DNA from: a virus
Taxonomy: Duplodnaviria > Heunggongvirae > Uroviricota > Caudoviricetes
Virus record (IMG/VR): IMGVR_UViG_3300021963_000042
Span: 64,001 to 126,843 of that record
Reading direction: 5' to 3' (one strand)
Length of the DNA stretch: 62,843 bases
The notes under the pieces were generated by a model. That model ran no database searches and was not told the DNA's origin. It saw only the letters and a program-made list of their open reading frames with translations. Of this stretch, positions 46,004-53,738 are shown piece by piece. A program made the translations under genes and the position numbers. Positions within the stretch are counted from its first letter, which is position 1. Each line of letters starts with the position of its first letter.

Positions 46004-46374
46004 CTTGTTGCCTTTGCTCTTGCCTCAATCATTGATTCCATCTCACCCTTGATAACTACATTGGTATAGGTATCTTGCAAACCACTCGCATGGTCTGTCA
46101 CTCGATTGTCTGGCTCATGGTATGTTCGAATACGTTCTGTACCTGCCAGGAATCGTTCCTTGTCCTTTGTAAATTTTGCAACCACACGGGACAGGCAGGT
46201 AACATAGGCGACTTTCTTATTATCCTCACGACTACGACTGGTCTGACCAGTGGCTATGATTCCAGTTGGCTCATGGATACAACGGCAGCAGTTCTGGTGT
46301 TTGTTGCGATGTTGACCACCTCCACCAGTTCCACTGAACCATTCATATCTAAATTGATCTTCGGTTACTTTCAT
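46000..46374 (-). CDS. Peptide chain release factor-like GGQ protein (RF-1 catalytic domain only)
   Basis: SGTGGGGQHRNK..N..R..H.PTGI......RSR..N; RIRTY...RVTDH; 124 aa. Confidence 0.85.
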   Translation of the reverse strand: MKVTEDQFRYEWFSGTGGGGQHRNKHQNCCRCIHEPTGIIATGQTSRSREDNKKVAYVTCLSRVVAKFTKDKERFLAGTERIRTYHEPDNRVTDHASGLQDTYTNVVIKGEMESMIEARAKATR

Positions 46375-46637
46375 TGTAGCAGCGCTTTCATTGCATTTTC
46401 TATACGTTCATGACACATTCTTGCAGCGTGTAGAGGGGTTGGTTGATTGAATTCAGATGCTACGTCGAATTGTGTTCCCTTGGTGTTTGTGTTCATTTCA
46501 ACTTTGCAATACCAGCCACCATCATGCAGTGACAGTCTTGGTCTGCCGTAACGAATCATATGTAGTAACAGCTCTTCCAGATTCATGTTCTCCAGCCGAG
46601 TTGCCTCATCGGTTTCAGGTTTCTTCACAAGCCACAT
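46371..46637 (-). CDS. Hypothetical protein
   Basis: ORF in operon. Confidence 0.55.
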   Translation of the reverse strand: MWLVKKPETDEATRLENMNLEELLLHMIRYGRPRLSLHDGGWYCKVEMNTNTKGTQFDVASEFNQPTPLHAARMCHERIENAMKALLQ

Positions 46638-46858
46638 TCTGTTTTCCTCTTTCCAAATTCGTCAGTTTCTTCCGCCCAGTGAATGGTGCACCAGTCGTCT
46701 ATGCAATCTTGGAATGTATGAACCTCTGGGTCTTTTCCAGCCTTGTACATTCTGTCACACCAGTAATCCCAGTACGCTTCCAGGATTTGCTCAGTGCTCC
46801 AGGTTTCTTGCACGTGCTGACCAAACTCACCTGGGAATACGATGGTGTAATACTTCAT
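46625..46858 (-). CDS. Hypothetical protein
   Basis: YWDYW..RM...CIDDWCTIHWA. Confidence 0.6.
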   Translation of the reverse strand: MKYYTIVFPGEFGQHVQETWSTEQILEAYWDYWCDRMYKAGKDPEVHTFQDCIDDWCTIHWAEETDEFGKRKTECGL

Positions 46859-47139
46859 ACCTTTGACTTCAGATCCTTGTAGATTTTACCCAGCGCAGGG
46901 TTGACGTTCACGCTTGCCAGCATCAGTGCTTCCACTATTTGTAGAATGTCTGGTCTGCCCATCCAGTTACCACAGAACACACCATGCGGATCTCGGTGAC
47001 CACGCAACACATCAGGGTGAGACACGTAAACATAGTCAGACATGCTCAGGCTGGTGTTGCTTGGGTACTTTTTACCCAGATCGTTGATGATCCAGTAGTT
47101 GGCTTCGTGTGAAGTTCCTGCAACAACAAATGTTTTCAT
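46855..47139 (-). CDS. Hypothetical protein
   Basis: ORF in operon. Confidence 0.55.
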   Translation of the reverse strand: MKTFVVAGTSHEANYWIINDLGKKYPSNTSLSMSDYVYVSHPDVLRGHRDPHGVFCGNWMGRPDILQIVEALMLASVNVNPALGKIYKDLKSKV

Positions 47140-47308
47140 ATCAGTATGGCTGGGGTTTGACTTCTTGTTGCTGCTCCAGCAGTTGTACCAAACGATTGAC
47201 TCTTTGCAATAATTCGATTTGCGCCTGCAGCACCATCAGTTCCAGCTGTTCCTTTGGTATGGTTACTTCATCTTCCATTTTTACACCACTGTGTTTTCAG
47301 TGAACGCA

Positions 47309-47617
47309 TCATATATTCCCCAATCCTATACGGCTATATCCAAGTTTGCTCTTAATGTCTTTGTGGTCTCTATTCTTTTCTGGCTTCCATGATCTGGGGT
47401 CAACTGTTTCGCCAGTAAGCACATATCGAAAGTCAGGATCATAGACCATACGACCTCCCATATTCCACAGGGGTTCACCATTGTATGGAAATATACAACC
47501 ACGGCACATGCACCAACTCCAACCTCGATCAGTCATCACATTACCATTGACTGTACCAACGTATTTGACCACATTACCTTTATGCATTTCTCTGATAGCT
47601 TCGTGATAGTCAATCAT
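47309..47617 (-). CDS. Hypothetical protein
   Basis: ORF in operon, ATGA-coupled. Confidence 0.55.
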   Translation of the reverse strand: MIDYHEAIREMHKGNVVKYVGTVNGNVMTDRGWSWCMCRGCIFPYNGEPLWNMGGRMVYDPDFRYVLTGETVDPRSWKPEKNRDHKDIKSKLGYSRIGLGNI

Positions 47618-47904
47618 AGACCACTCACTTTCTTCACCTGCCATGAGTGGCTAGTTCCACGAATTCCATCATCATATTGTAACACCAAGTTTCCCCAGAA
47701 CGACTCGGGATAATCAAATTGTAGAGTCTGACGAATCACAGTTGCTTCTTGTCGCATGGGATGTACATAGACTCGATCTCCAGTATGAAACTCTGGACCA
47801 CGACCATCGCTGTCAATCTCGCAAATGCAAGCATCAAACTCTGGATCGTCTTGGTCGATCTCCATAAAATCCCACTCTTTGCAAAAATGTCTGTAGTTCA
47901 TCAC
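47614..47904 (-). CDS. Hypothetical protein
   Basis: ORF in operon. Confidence 0.55.
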   Translation of the reverse strand: MMNYRHFCKEWDFMEIDQDDPEFDACICEIDSDGRGPEFHTGDRVYVHPMRQEATVIRQTLQFDYPESFWGNLVLQYDDGIRGTSHSWQVKKVSGL

Positions 47905-48311
47905 CAGTGCTCGTATTTCTCCAATGCGTTAATCACATCAGTTAATGCTTTCCGATCAAACGTAAGGTAGATACCACGATCGAACATGTTATCATACTTG
48001 TGTAAACGCAGTTTAATCAGTTCACCATCAGCAATCACAGACAAGTAAGGTTTGCCACTTGGACCATTGATAGTGGTCATCGGGATCTCACGATATTCTT
48101 CAGTGTCGTCCTCTTGTTGTTCAGCGCCAGCAATGATGTTACGTAGCGTCTCTTGACGATCTGCCTTGCGAGTCCAGAAGGTACAAGAATCGTCAACAAA
48201 ATAATCTTCCTGCTCCATACCGTGCTCATCACAATATGGATGATTACCAGCAAACTGCGTGTGTCGAGTACACGTTGCTGGCTTATCACATTCAATACAT
48301 GTTTCTATCAT
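47901..48311 (-). CDS. Hypothetical protein (N-terminal CxxC..C..H)
   Basis: CIECDKPATC.RHTQFAG.HPYCDEH. Confidence 0.55.
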   Translation of the reverse strand: MIETCIECDKPATCTRHTQFAGNHPYCDEHGMEQEDYFVDDSCTFWTRKADRQETLRNIIAGAEQQEDDTEEYREIPMTTINGPSGKPYLSVIADGELIKLRLHKYDNMFDRGIYLTFDRKALTDVINALEKYEHW

Positions 48312-48502
48312 TTTGTGCTACCACCATAGACTTGTGATTCCAACTGACGTATTCGTTCGTGAGCCAGCGCCAGCTGAATCTCGAGTTCTTGCAGCGACCT
48401 TGCCATGTGTAGGATCGCTTCGTTTTCTTGTTGCTCCACTGTCTTGTAAGTCTGGAATGCGTAGTTACGCTTATCAGACATATTCATCGATGTTTTGTCC
48501 AT
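48308..48502 (-). CDS. Hypothetical coiled-coil protein
   Basis: ORF in operon. Confidence 0.5.
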   Translation of the reverse strand: MDKTSMNMSDKRNYAFQTYKTVEQQENEAILHMARSLQELEIQLALAHERIRQLESQVYGGSTK

Positions 48503-48665
48503 TTGTATTCAACTCCCTGTTACGTTCAATTCGTTTCAATCTTTCCATCTCAACTCGCTCTCTTGCAAGTCGTTCATCGTTTAGTCGTGCCTCATGCATT
48601 CTATCAACACGACGATGATAAAGCACCTCAAAGTATTCGTGCATACGTTTGATAGCTGGTATCAT
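48474..48665 (-). CDS. Hypothetical protein
   Basis: ORF in operon. Confidence 0.5.
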   Translation of the reverse strand: MIPAIKRMHEYFEVLYHRRVDRMHEARLNDERLARERVEMERLKRIERNRELNTNGQNIDEYV

Positions 48666-48874
48666 GACATATCCCTAACAGGTTTCCAGTTATCCCACTC
48701 GCACGCTTTCATGTGGCTCAACCAATCGTACGCAGATCCTTCGTTAGTGAAAGTTGGACCTATCTGAACCTCATCGATGTTTACCCAGAAGTAAATGTAA
48801 TCTTTCATGTGCGCATCTCTATACTGAATCAGTTTCATAGGTCGTCCCTGTTCGAAATTGCCCACAGCAACCAC
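48662..48874 (-). CDS. Hypothetical protein
   Basis: ORF in operon; start uncertain. Confidence 0.45.
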   Translation of the reverse strand: MVAVGNFEQGRPMKLIQYRDAHMKDYIYFWVNIDEVQIGPTFTNEGSAYDWLSHMKACEWDNWKPVRDMS

Positions 48875-48911
48875 ACGAATAAAACGAACAGTATAAAGAT
48901 GGCGATGTAAG

Positions 48912-49187
48912 TCATTCTGCTACTAGTCCATTGCTATGTTTGTCTCTGGTTGTTTCCATGTCTTGGAAGTTCTTTTGCTCTTGGAATGTAAGTTCCTTAA
49001 ACGTCTTACGAGGGTTGCCACACATAACACACTTGGGATTGCCACAAGAAACTGGACTTACCTTTGCCAGTCGATGCTCATCCTTAATCTTCTGCCCTGT
49101 AGATTTTGCGATTCGTGCCTTTCGTTTGATGGTCACTTCCTTCTGCTGGATACGCTTGCTGTGCTTCTCTTTGCTTTCCTGATCCAT
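48912..49187 (-). CDS. Conserved basic hypothetical protein (CxxxxCxxC)
   Basis: CGNPKCVMCGNPRK. Confidence 0.65.
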   Translation of the reverse strand: MDQESKEKHSKRIQQKEVTIKRKARIAKSTGQKIKDEHRLAKVSPVSCGNPKCVMCGNPRKTFKELTFQEQKNFQDMETTRDKHSNGLVAE

Positions 49188-49362
49188 GTTCCCTCCAAAC
49201 TTTGTAAGTAATAACAGGATGACGTACGATCATCCATAAACAGATGAATGGTGCTACCATCATCGCAGCGATCATAATAAATTTGGGATTGTCCAGAATG
49301 CTTGTCCTATGGGGACAGTCTCTTCCCTGACGACAATTTCCTGAACAATCACGACAAGTCAT
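49084..49362 (-). CDS. Hypothetical membrane protein
   Basis: C..C.GNC.QGRDCP N-terminus and a TM helix. Confidence 0.45.
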   Translation of the reverse strand: MTCRDCSGNCRQGRDCPHRTSILDNPKFIMIAAMMVAPFICLWMIVRHPVITYKVWREHGSGKQREAQQAYPAEGSDHQTKGTNRKIYRAED

Positions 49363-49856
49363 TTTTTATTCTCTGGTGTAAACTGTGGATCCAGCGGAGA
49401 CACAGTGAGTTTATCGAAAACCAATTCAAACTGAGGAATTGGCAGTGAGTGTGGATCAACATCATACTCAATGTTATATGCCAGAGTAACGTGGGCTTTG
49501 TAATCTGTATAGTCAGACGTAGCACCTTCTTTACCCAGCTGAGTATTCAAAGCGATTGCAGTGGGACAAGTGACTCGCAGCACTAGACACTTACCATTAT
49601 CTTTGGTTGGGAATACCTCATACTCTGTTGCTCGAGCAGTTGCTGTCCAATCTTTGGGTAGTCGTTCAGCTGTCGGCACAGGTGTCCTGCTGTAAATAAC
49701 AGTGATGTGGTATGTGCTCGGGTCAACTCTTTCTTGCAAACCCAAATTCATCTCAACGAAGTGATCCAGCATTTCTTGCGAGTGCTTCGCCATTTCCATC
49801 GCTACATAAGTTCCGTCCTTATGCTTGGCATACTCAGACAGTGATACAATATCCAT
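49359..49856 (-). CDS. acb1: 2H phosphoesterase, T4 gp57B/Acb1-like (anti-CBASS nuclease)
   Basis: Two HxT motifs (YHITVIYSR..VP; Y.AHVTLAYN) plus G.YVA, EV..T.D...LVL and GAT.D..DY segments matching T4 gp57B/Acb1 as recalled. Confidence 0.75.
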   Translation of the reverse strand: MDIVSLSEYAKHKDGTYVAMEMAKHSQEMLDHFVEMNLGLQERVDPSTYHITVIYSRTPVPTAERLPKDWTATARATEYEVFPTKDNGKCLVLRVTCPTAIALNTQLGKEGATSDYTDYKAHVTLAYNIEYDVDPHSLPIPQFELVFDKLTVSPLDPQFTPENKK

Positions 49857-50101
49857 TACATTTCCTTCAATCGTTTAACTCTTTTCTCGGGCACGATGAA
49901 GATACTTCTACCAAGCCCACCTACCATCACAGGCAAGTCAGCATGTATAACAACATACTTGTCTTCACCCTCACGAATAACCATTCCCACGATCGGCACA
50001 CCTTCCAGTGTTTCTTTTACGAAAACCCGATCTCCGTATTTGTACTTAGGTTCAGGAATATGCTTGTCTCGCTCAGCGAAATACTCAGCCAGCGATGCCA
50101 T
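49856..50101 (-). CDS. Hypothetical protein (SH3-like)
   Basis: KYKYGDRVF. Confidence 0.55.
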   Translation of the reverse strand: MASLAEYFAERDKHIPEPKYKYGDRVFVKETLEGVPIVGMVIREGEDKYVVIHADLPVMVGGLGRSIFIVPEKRVKRLKEM

Positions 50102-50102
50102 A

Positions 50103-50336
50103 TCAAATTCCAGTTCTACTCAGTTGAACATCAAAACTTTGCTTGGTCATCTTGTAATCATACAGATGAATCGTAGTTGCCAACCCTGCAACATTCTCAG
50201 CAAGCATTCGATCGTATACCTGACGCACAGCAATGTTCACACCACTGAAGTCACCAACGCCACGGATGATTTGTGCGCTGTTTGTATAGAACGAAACACC
50301 ATTGACCACTGCACGTACTTTCATAATCAACCCCAA
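50103..50336 (-). CDS. Hypothetical protein
   Basis: ORF in early operon. Confidence 0.55.
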   Translation of the reverse strand: MGLIMKVRAVVNGVSFYTNSAQIIRGVGDFSGVNIAVRQVYDRMLAENVAGLATTIHLYDYKMTKQSFDVQLSRTGI

Positions 50337-50554
50337 TCTTTCTTGTTTCCAGATTCTTCGTTGTAGTCGTAGCCAGCGTTATACGCTTCAATATCTTCTG
50401 CGGTTACTGCTTCGATCCTAGGACCAGAGTCTCCACCAACACCACCACGATGTGGGTTTCGGACACGACCGTAGTAAGAATCAGCAGAGCCACGATCGAA
50501 ATAGCTACCATGGCTACTTTCGTATGACTTACCTTTATAGTTACCGTACATCAT
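50327..50554 (-). CDS. Conserved phage hypothetical protein
   Basis: HGS.FDRGSADSYYGR..PH...Y.AGY..NE..G..KDW. Confidence 0.7.
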   Translation of the reverse strand: MMYGNYKGKSYESSHGSYFDRGSADSYYGRVRNPHRGGVGGDSGPRIEAVTAEDIEAYNAGYDYNEESGNKKDWG

Positions 50555-50739
50555 TCACCCTCACTAACAAAACTATAACCGATCAAACCAGTCACGATAG
50601 ACATCATGACAACCAAACCAGCCATCACAAAATCTTTGGTAGACTGAATCGTTTCGTTCTCAAGACCACCGACAACTCCATAGAAGCCCATGAAGGCGCA
50701 GAACATCAAACCAAAACCGATCGCATTAGAGTATTTCAT
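50551..50739 (-). CDS. Small membrane protein
   Basis: Two TM helices; first gene after promoter cassette. Confidence 0.6.
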   Translation of the reverse strand: MKYSNAIGFGLMFCAFMGFYGVVGGLENETIQSTKDFVMAGLVVMMSIVTGLIGYSFVSEGE

Positions 50740-50770
50740 AACAAGTTCCTTTTTCGACTAACTTACAGTT

Positions 50771-50850
50771 ATTATACTCCAAACCTGAATTATTGTAAAG
50801 CCCCTTGTGAAAAACCCTACAAAAAGTAGGGTTATCGTAAGTCATTGATT
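50771..50850 (-). promoter_or_regulatory. Early promoter cassette: TTTACA-17-TATAAT + hairpin + IHF-like box (34 bp identical to the 30265 copy)
   Basis: -10 at 50771-76, -35 at 50794-99, 8-bp stem 50813-33, AATCAATGACTTA at 50838-50. Confidence 0.78.
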
Positions 50851-51150
50851 TTAAAGGGTTTTTAGGCTCCGAAGGATCTTCACCTGAGAGTCTGGGGCTA
50901 TGTACGCTCTGGCTGCTACTCGAGTGGTGTAGTTGATCGGATCCTGCATCTGCATAATTTCCACTAAGTTCTGGCTGAGCATTTCCGATGCAAGTTCCTC
51001 AACCAACCTTCTGCGCACAGCGTCACGTTGTAGGCTGTCCATGTTTATCATGTCTAGTTGACTGAACGATACAGCTGCTGTTACTAACTTGCCACCGATC
51101 GCATACTCTTTGATATCAAGAGATACATCATCAAATGGAGAGAACATCAT
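50851..51150 (-). CDS. Hypothetical protein
   Basis: ORF in operon. Confidence 0.55.
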   Translation of the reverse strand: MMFSPFDDVSLDIKEYAIGGKLVTAAVSFSQLDMINMDSLQRDAVRRRLVEELASEMLSQNLVEIMQMQDPINYTTRVAARAYIAPDSQVKILRSLKTL

Positions 51151-51329
51151 CCACCTCTGTTGGCTGCTCGACGTTCTGGCTTACTGAGAATATTTTTCAC
51201 AGCATTCTTCACCAACTTACTGGCTTGAGATTTGCTGTAGCCTTGCTTCATCGCATTGTTACGTGCTTTCTTCTTGGCTTTCTTTAAGATCTTCTTGGCT
51301 TCCCACTGTTCTTTGAACGAAATACTCAT
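51147..51329 (-). CDS. Small basic protein (60 aa)
   Basis: MSISFKEQWEAKKILKKAKKKARNNAMKQG. Confidence 0.5.
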   Translation of the reverse strand: MSISFKEQWEAKKILKKAKKKARNNAMKQGYSKSQASKLVKNAVKNILSKPERRAANRGG

Positions 51330-51747
51330 AGTTATCACTCTCCTCATTCTGTGCGATTTGTTTGGCACCATTGCCTGTATGAAAACGATATGCCATAGGT
51401 GTCTTTGGCGATAGCGTGACGAAACGATTGATTGTCTGACGATTACGCAGCATGTGATCAACCACACCAAAAATAATCTTGCGACCACTGCCGACGTAGT
51501 ATGACCAAACAGTGTAGAAGATAGCATGTGTTGCTTCTTCGTGTGGTACTGAGTACTCGTCAAGTTCCTTTACGGTAGTAGGTACTTTGTTGGTGTATGC
51601 AACACAGATAACAGCAGTAAGAAAATCCTGATTCAACAACGTGTAGACTTCACGACCTTTGCTGGTCCTGAATTCCATTGTGAGTTCTGGACGTACTGGA
51701 TCGTCTTTGACTTGTTCGAAATTTAAATCAGTTTGTAACTGCAACAT
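51259..51747 (-). CDS. Conserved phage hypothetical protein (possible GNAT-like fold)
   Basis: DDPVRPEL, AVICVAY...P, AIFYTVWSY..G.GR, VTLSPKT.MA..FH..NGA. Confidence 0.65.
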   Translation of the reverse strand: MLQLQTDLNFEQVKDDPVRPELTMEFRTSKGREVYTLLNQDFLTAVICVAYTNKVPTTVKELDEYSVPHEEATHAIFYTVWSYYVGSGRKIIFGVVDHMLRNRQTINRFVTLSPKTPMAYRFHTGNGAKQIAQNEESDNYEYFVQRTVGSQEDLKESQEEST

Positions 51748-51748
51748 T

Positions 51749-52204
51749 TTAGTAACTTATGTTAAATGCGATAGAAATTCTATCATGGTTCGATTCATTT
51801 TCATTCACCCAGTGAATGATGCCAGCATCCCAGTAGAACAGATCACCTGCATTTGGCATAATGCTCTCACCAGTTTCAAACTCTATTTTACCTGAATCAT
51901 CAGGCACTGTCAAATAAAAACAACCAGCGATTGTTGCACCAACATGATTGTGCGGTCCATTGATACATCCAGGTGGGGAATAATTTACCCAGATATCGGA
52001 GATACGAAACTTATTGCTGTGTTGTCTTGCAATAAGTTCTATCATGTTAACAAGTGGTCTGAAGATAGGATTGTTTGTGCTTATTGTATACTGAGCACCC
52101 TTTGGATTACCAGATCCTCTACCTCTTGCATTGACTTCTCTCTGCTTTGCAATCCACTCAAGCATGAGAGTTGTATCAGCTTCAATTCTTTCTATGTTCA
52201 CCAT
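51749..52204 (-). CDS. 2OG-Fe(II) oxygenase (TIGR02466-like)
   Basis: WVNYSPPG..N.PHNH...GCFYL...G.I.F...HWV..N....RISIAFN. Confidence 0.8.
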   Translation of the reverse strand: MVNIERIEADTTLMLEWIAKQREVNARGRGSGNPKGAQYTISTNNPIFRPLVNMIELIARQHSNKFRISDIWVNYSPPGCINGPHNHVGATIAGCFYLTVPDDSGKIEFETGESIMPNAGDLFYWDAGIIHWVNENESNHDRISIAFNISY

Positions 52205-52971
52205 ACAAATCCAAACGTGTAAGTCTCATCAGAGTTGAATATGGCTTCTACGACGTTCATAAATTCATCGTAAGTATATCTAGTCTGTTTCACTCCTGAT
52301 GGAGATAGAGATACCGTAATAATTTCTTTAGGCTCAAGATATGTTACAACACTTTCCAGATCAACATTGTATCCATGCTGTAGGCACGAGAATATAGCGA
52401 TTTTACTTTTATCTATCGTTGGGTTTTTACCCATGATGAAATCATCATAGTATGCTCTGACCACACAATCACCACCGATGGCATCAGCAGCGATTTGCGC
52501 TGAGGATTTTGTATCTACCACTTTCATATCTGTATATACAGAGCATAGAATTTTGGTGATAGCATCATCAAAGTAAGGACTGCCTGGAGTGAACATCACA
52601 ACAGTATCAAATCTTTCTCTCTCATGAAAGTTTCGAACGATTTGCATCAAATTGCGTGCAGTAATCATTGGGTCACGACTTCCCCAAAGGTTACCGAATG
52701 TTCCAATGATTTTGTTAGCGCCAGTCAGATCGTTCTTAGCGAACGTGAATCCTCTGTCTAGCAGTATATCATAGCCAGCTGGTGCGTTGTGCTGGTCTAT
52801 TCTTTTGATTGTGTTTGTTGTATCATAGTCGCACAGTGTAAGTGCAACCCATTTATCGTTTCGTTCAAGTTCATCAACTACATCAAGAAATTCTTGACTG
52901 ACTGTATCATTTGTAATTGGCAAACCAACACGGATGATATCATAAGTCGATCTTCTTGAGTATTGGGTCAT
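52198..52971 (-). CDS. Tetrapyrrole-methylase-fold (class III) SAM methyltransferase-like protein
   Basis: IRVGL, VMFTPGSPYFDD..TKIL, V...SSAQIAADAIG resemble the TP_methylase/YabN N-terminal pattern. Confidence 0.5.
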   Translation of the reverse strand: MTQYSRRSTYDIIRVGLPITNDTVSQEFLDVVDELERNDKWVALTLCDYDTTNTIKRIDQHNAPAGYDILLDRGFTFAKNDLTGANKIIGTFGNLWGSRDPMITARNLMQIVRNFHERERFDTVVMFTPGSPYFDDAITKILCSVYTDMKVVDTKSSAQIAADAIGGDCVVRAYYDDFIMGKNPTIDKSKIAIFSCLQHGYNVDLESVVTYLEPKEIITVSLSPSGVKQTRYTYDEFMNVVEAIFNSDETYTFGFVW

Positions 52972-53194
52972 CAGGATGTTGTTCTTTCATAACTTTTAAA
53001 AAATTAACCATCTTTTCTAGCACACTAAATCCGACGAGTTGTGGAACAAACGCATGAACAATCATAGCGAATCCCCACACAAACAAAGTAAGTGCAAACT
53101 TCAGCGCCCACCACATGTGTAGGAAATAGAACCACTTACTCTCAGATAAACGAGAGTACGTTCTGGCTTCATTCAGATGGTTTGGATGGAGCAT
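52940..53194 (-). CDS. Small membrane protein (DUF6356-like)
   Basis: HL.E....Y..HM..A.....L......IVHAFVP. Confidence 0.5.
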   Translation of the reverse strand: MLHPNHLNEARTYSRLSESKWFYFLHMWWALKFALTLFVWGFAMIVHAFVPQLVGFSVLEKMVNFLKVMKEQHPDDPILKKIDL

Positions 53195-53738
53195 AGTCTT
53201 TATCAAAATAATATAAGATGATGGATGTTGCATAGCACGCAGGTTTCTTTTTGTCTTGTATCTGCAGTACTTGGTCCCACCAAATTTTAACACCCAGTTT
53301 CTTCTCGGGATCTTCTTCGTCTAATATCCATTCCCACTTTTTGATGCTCACCAGTGCACGCACTTTTGAATCCACTGGCACAGGATTCGTGAACCTGACA
53401 TAATCTAGTCCGTAATTGATAACTAACTTAACGAACCTCATGTTGACAGCTCTACCGAGCAAAGATCCAAACATAGCAAGGCTGTAATAACCATGTGCGA
53501 TACTTCTATCGAAAGGATCTTCGCCGAACCCATGAGAAACCATTCCCATTCTGGATCTTATCTCTTCATCATCAGCTGTGTGAATCCACTGAGTGTCACC
53601 AGTGGCTTCGGCAAAGTGAACGATCTTAGGTTTGTCTATTGTGAAGAAATCGCTAACCCACTTGCGTCCAGATTTCATGTGAACATCTAGATCTTCTGGT
53701 TTCTCCACCACATAAACTTTTCTTCGCTGGCTATTCAT
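53169..53738 (-). CDS. MaoC-family dehydratase / (R)-enoyl-CoA hydratase
   Basis: FAEATGDTQWIH, IAHGYYSL, INYGLDYVRF.NPVPV.S.VRA. Confidence 0.88.
   Translation of the reverse strand: MNSQRRKVYVVEKPEDLDVHMKSGRKWVSDFFTIDKPKIVHFAEATGDTQWIHTADDEEIRSRMGMVSHGFGEDPFDRSIAHGYYSLAMFGSLLGRAVNMRFVKLVINYGLDYVRFTNPVPVDSKVRALVSIKKWEWILDEEDPEKKLGVKIWWDQVLQIQDKKKPACYATSIILYYFDKDYAPSKPSE

Noticed and set aside
30336-50850. TAAGTCRTTGATTTTAAAG motifs as integrase arm-type/att sites of a mobile element
   Set aside because: There is no integrase or transposase in the window. Each copy sits upstream of a sigma70 promoter and fits the IHF consensus.
51330-51563. 5' part of the 138-aa ORF 51147-51563
   Set aside because: It overlaps the conserved 51259-51747 gene in another frame; only the basic C-terminal 60 aa look real.
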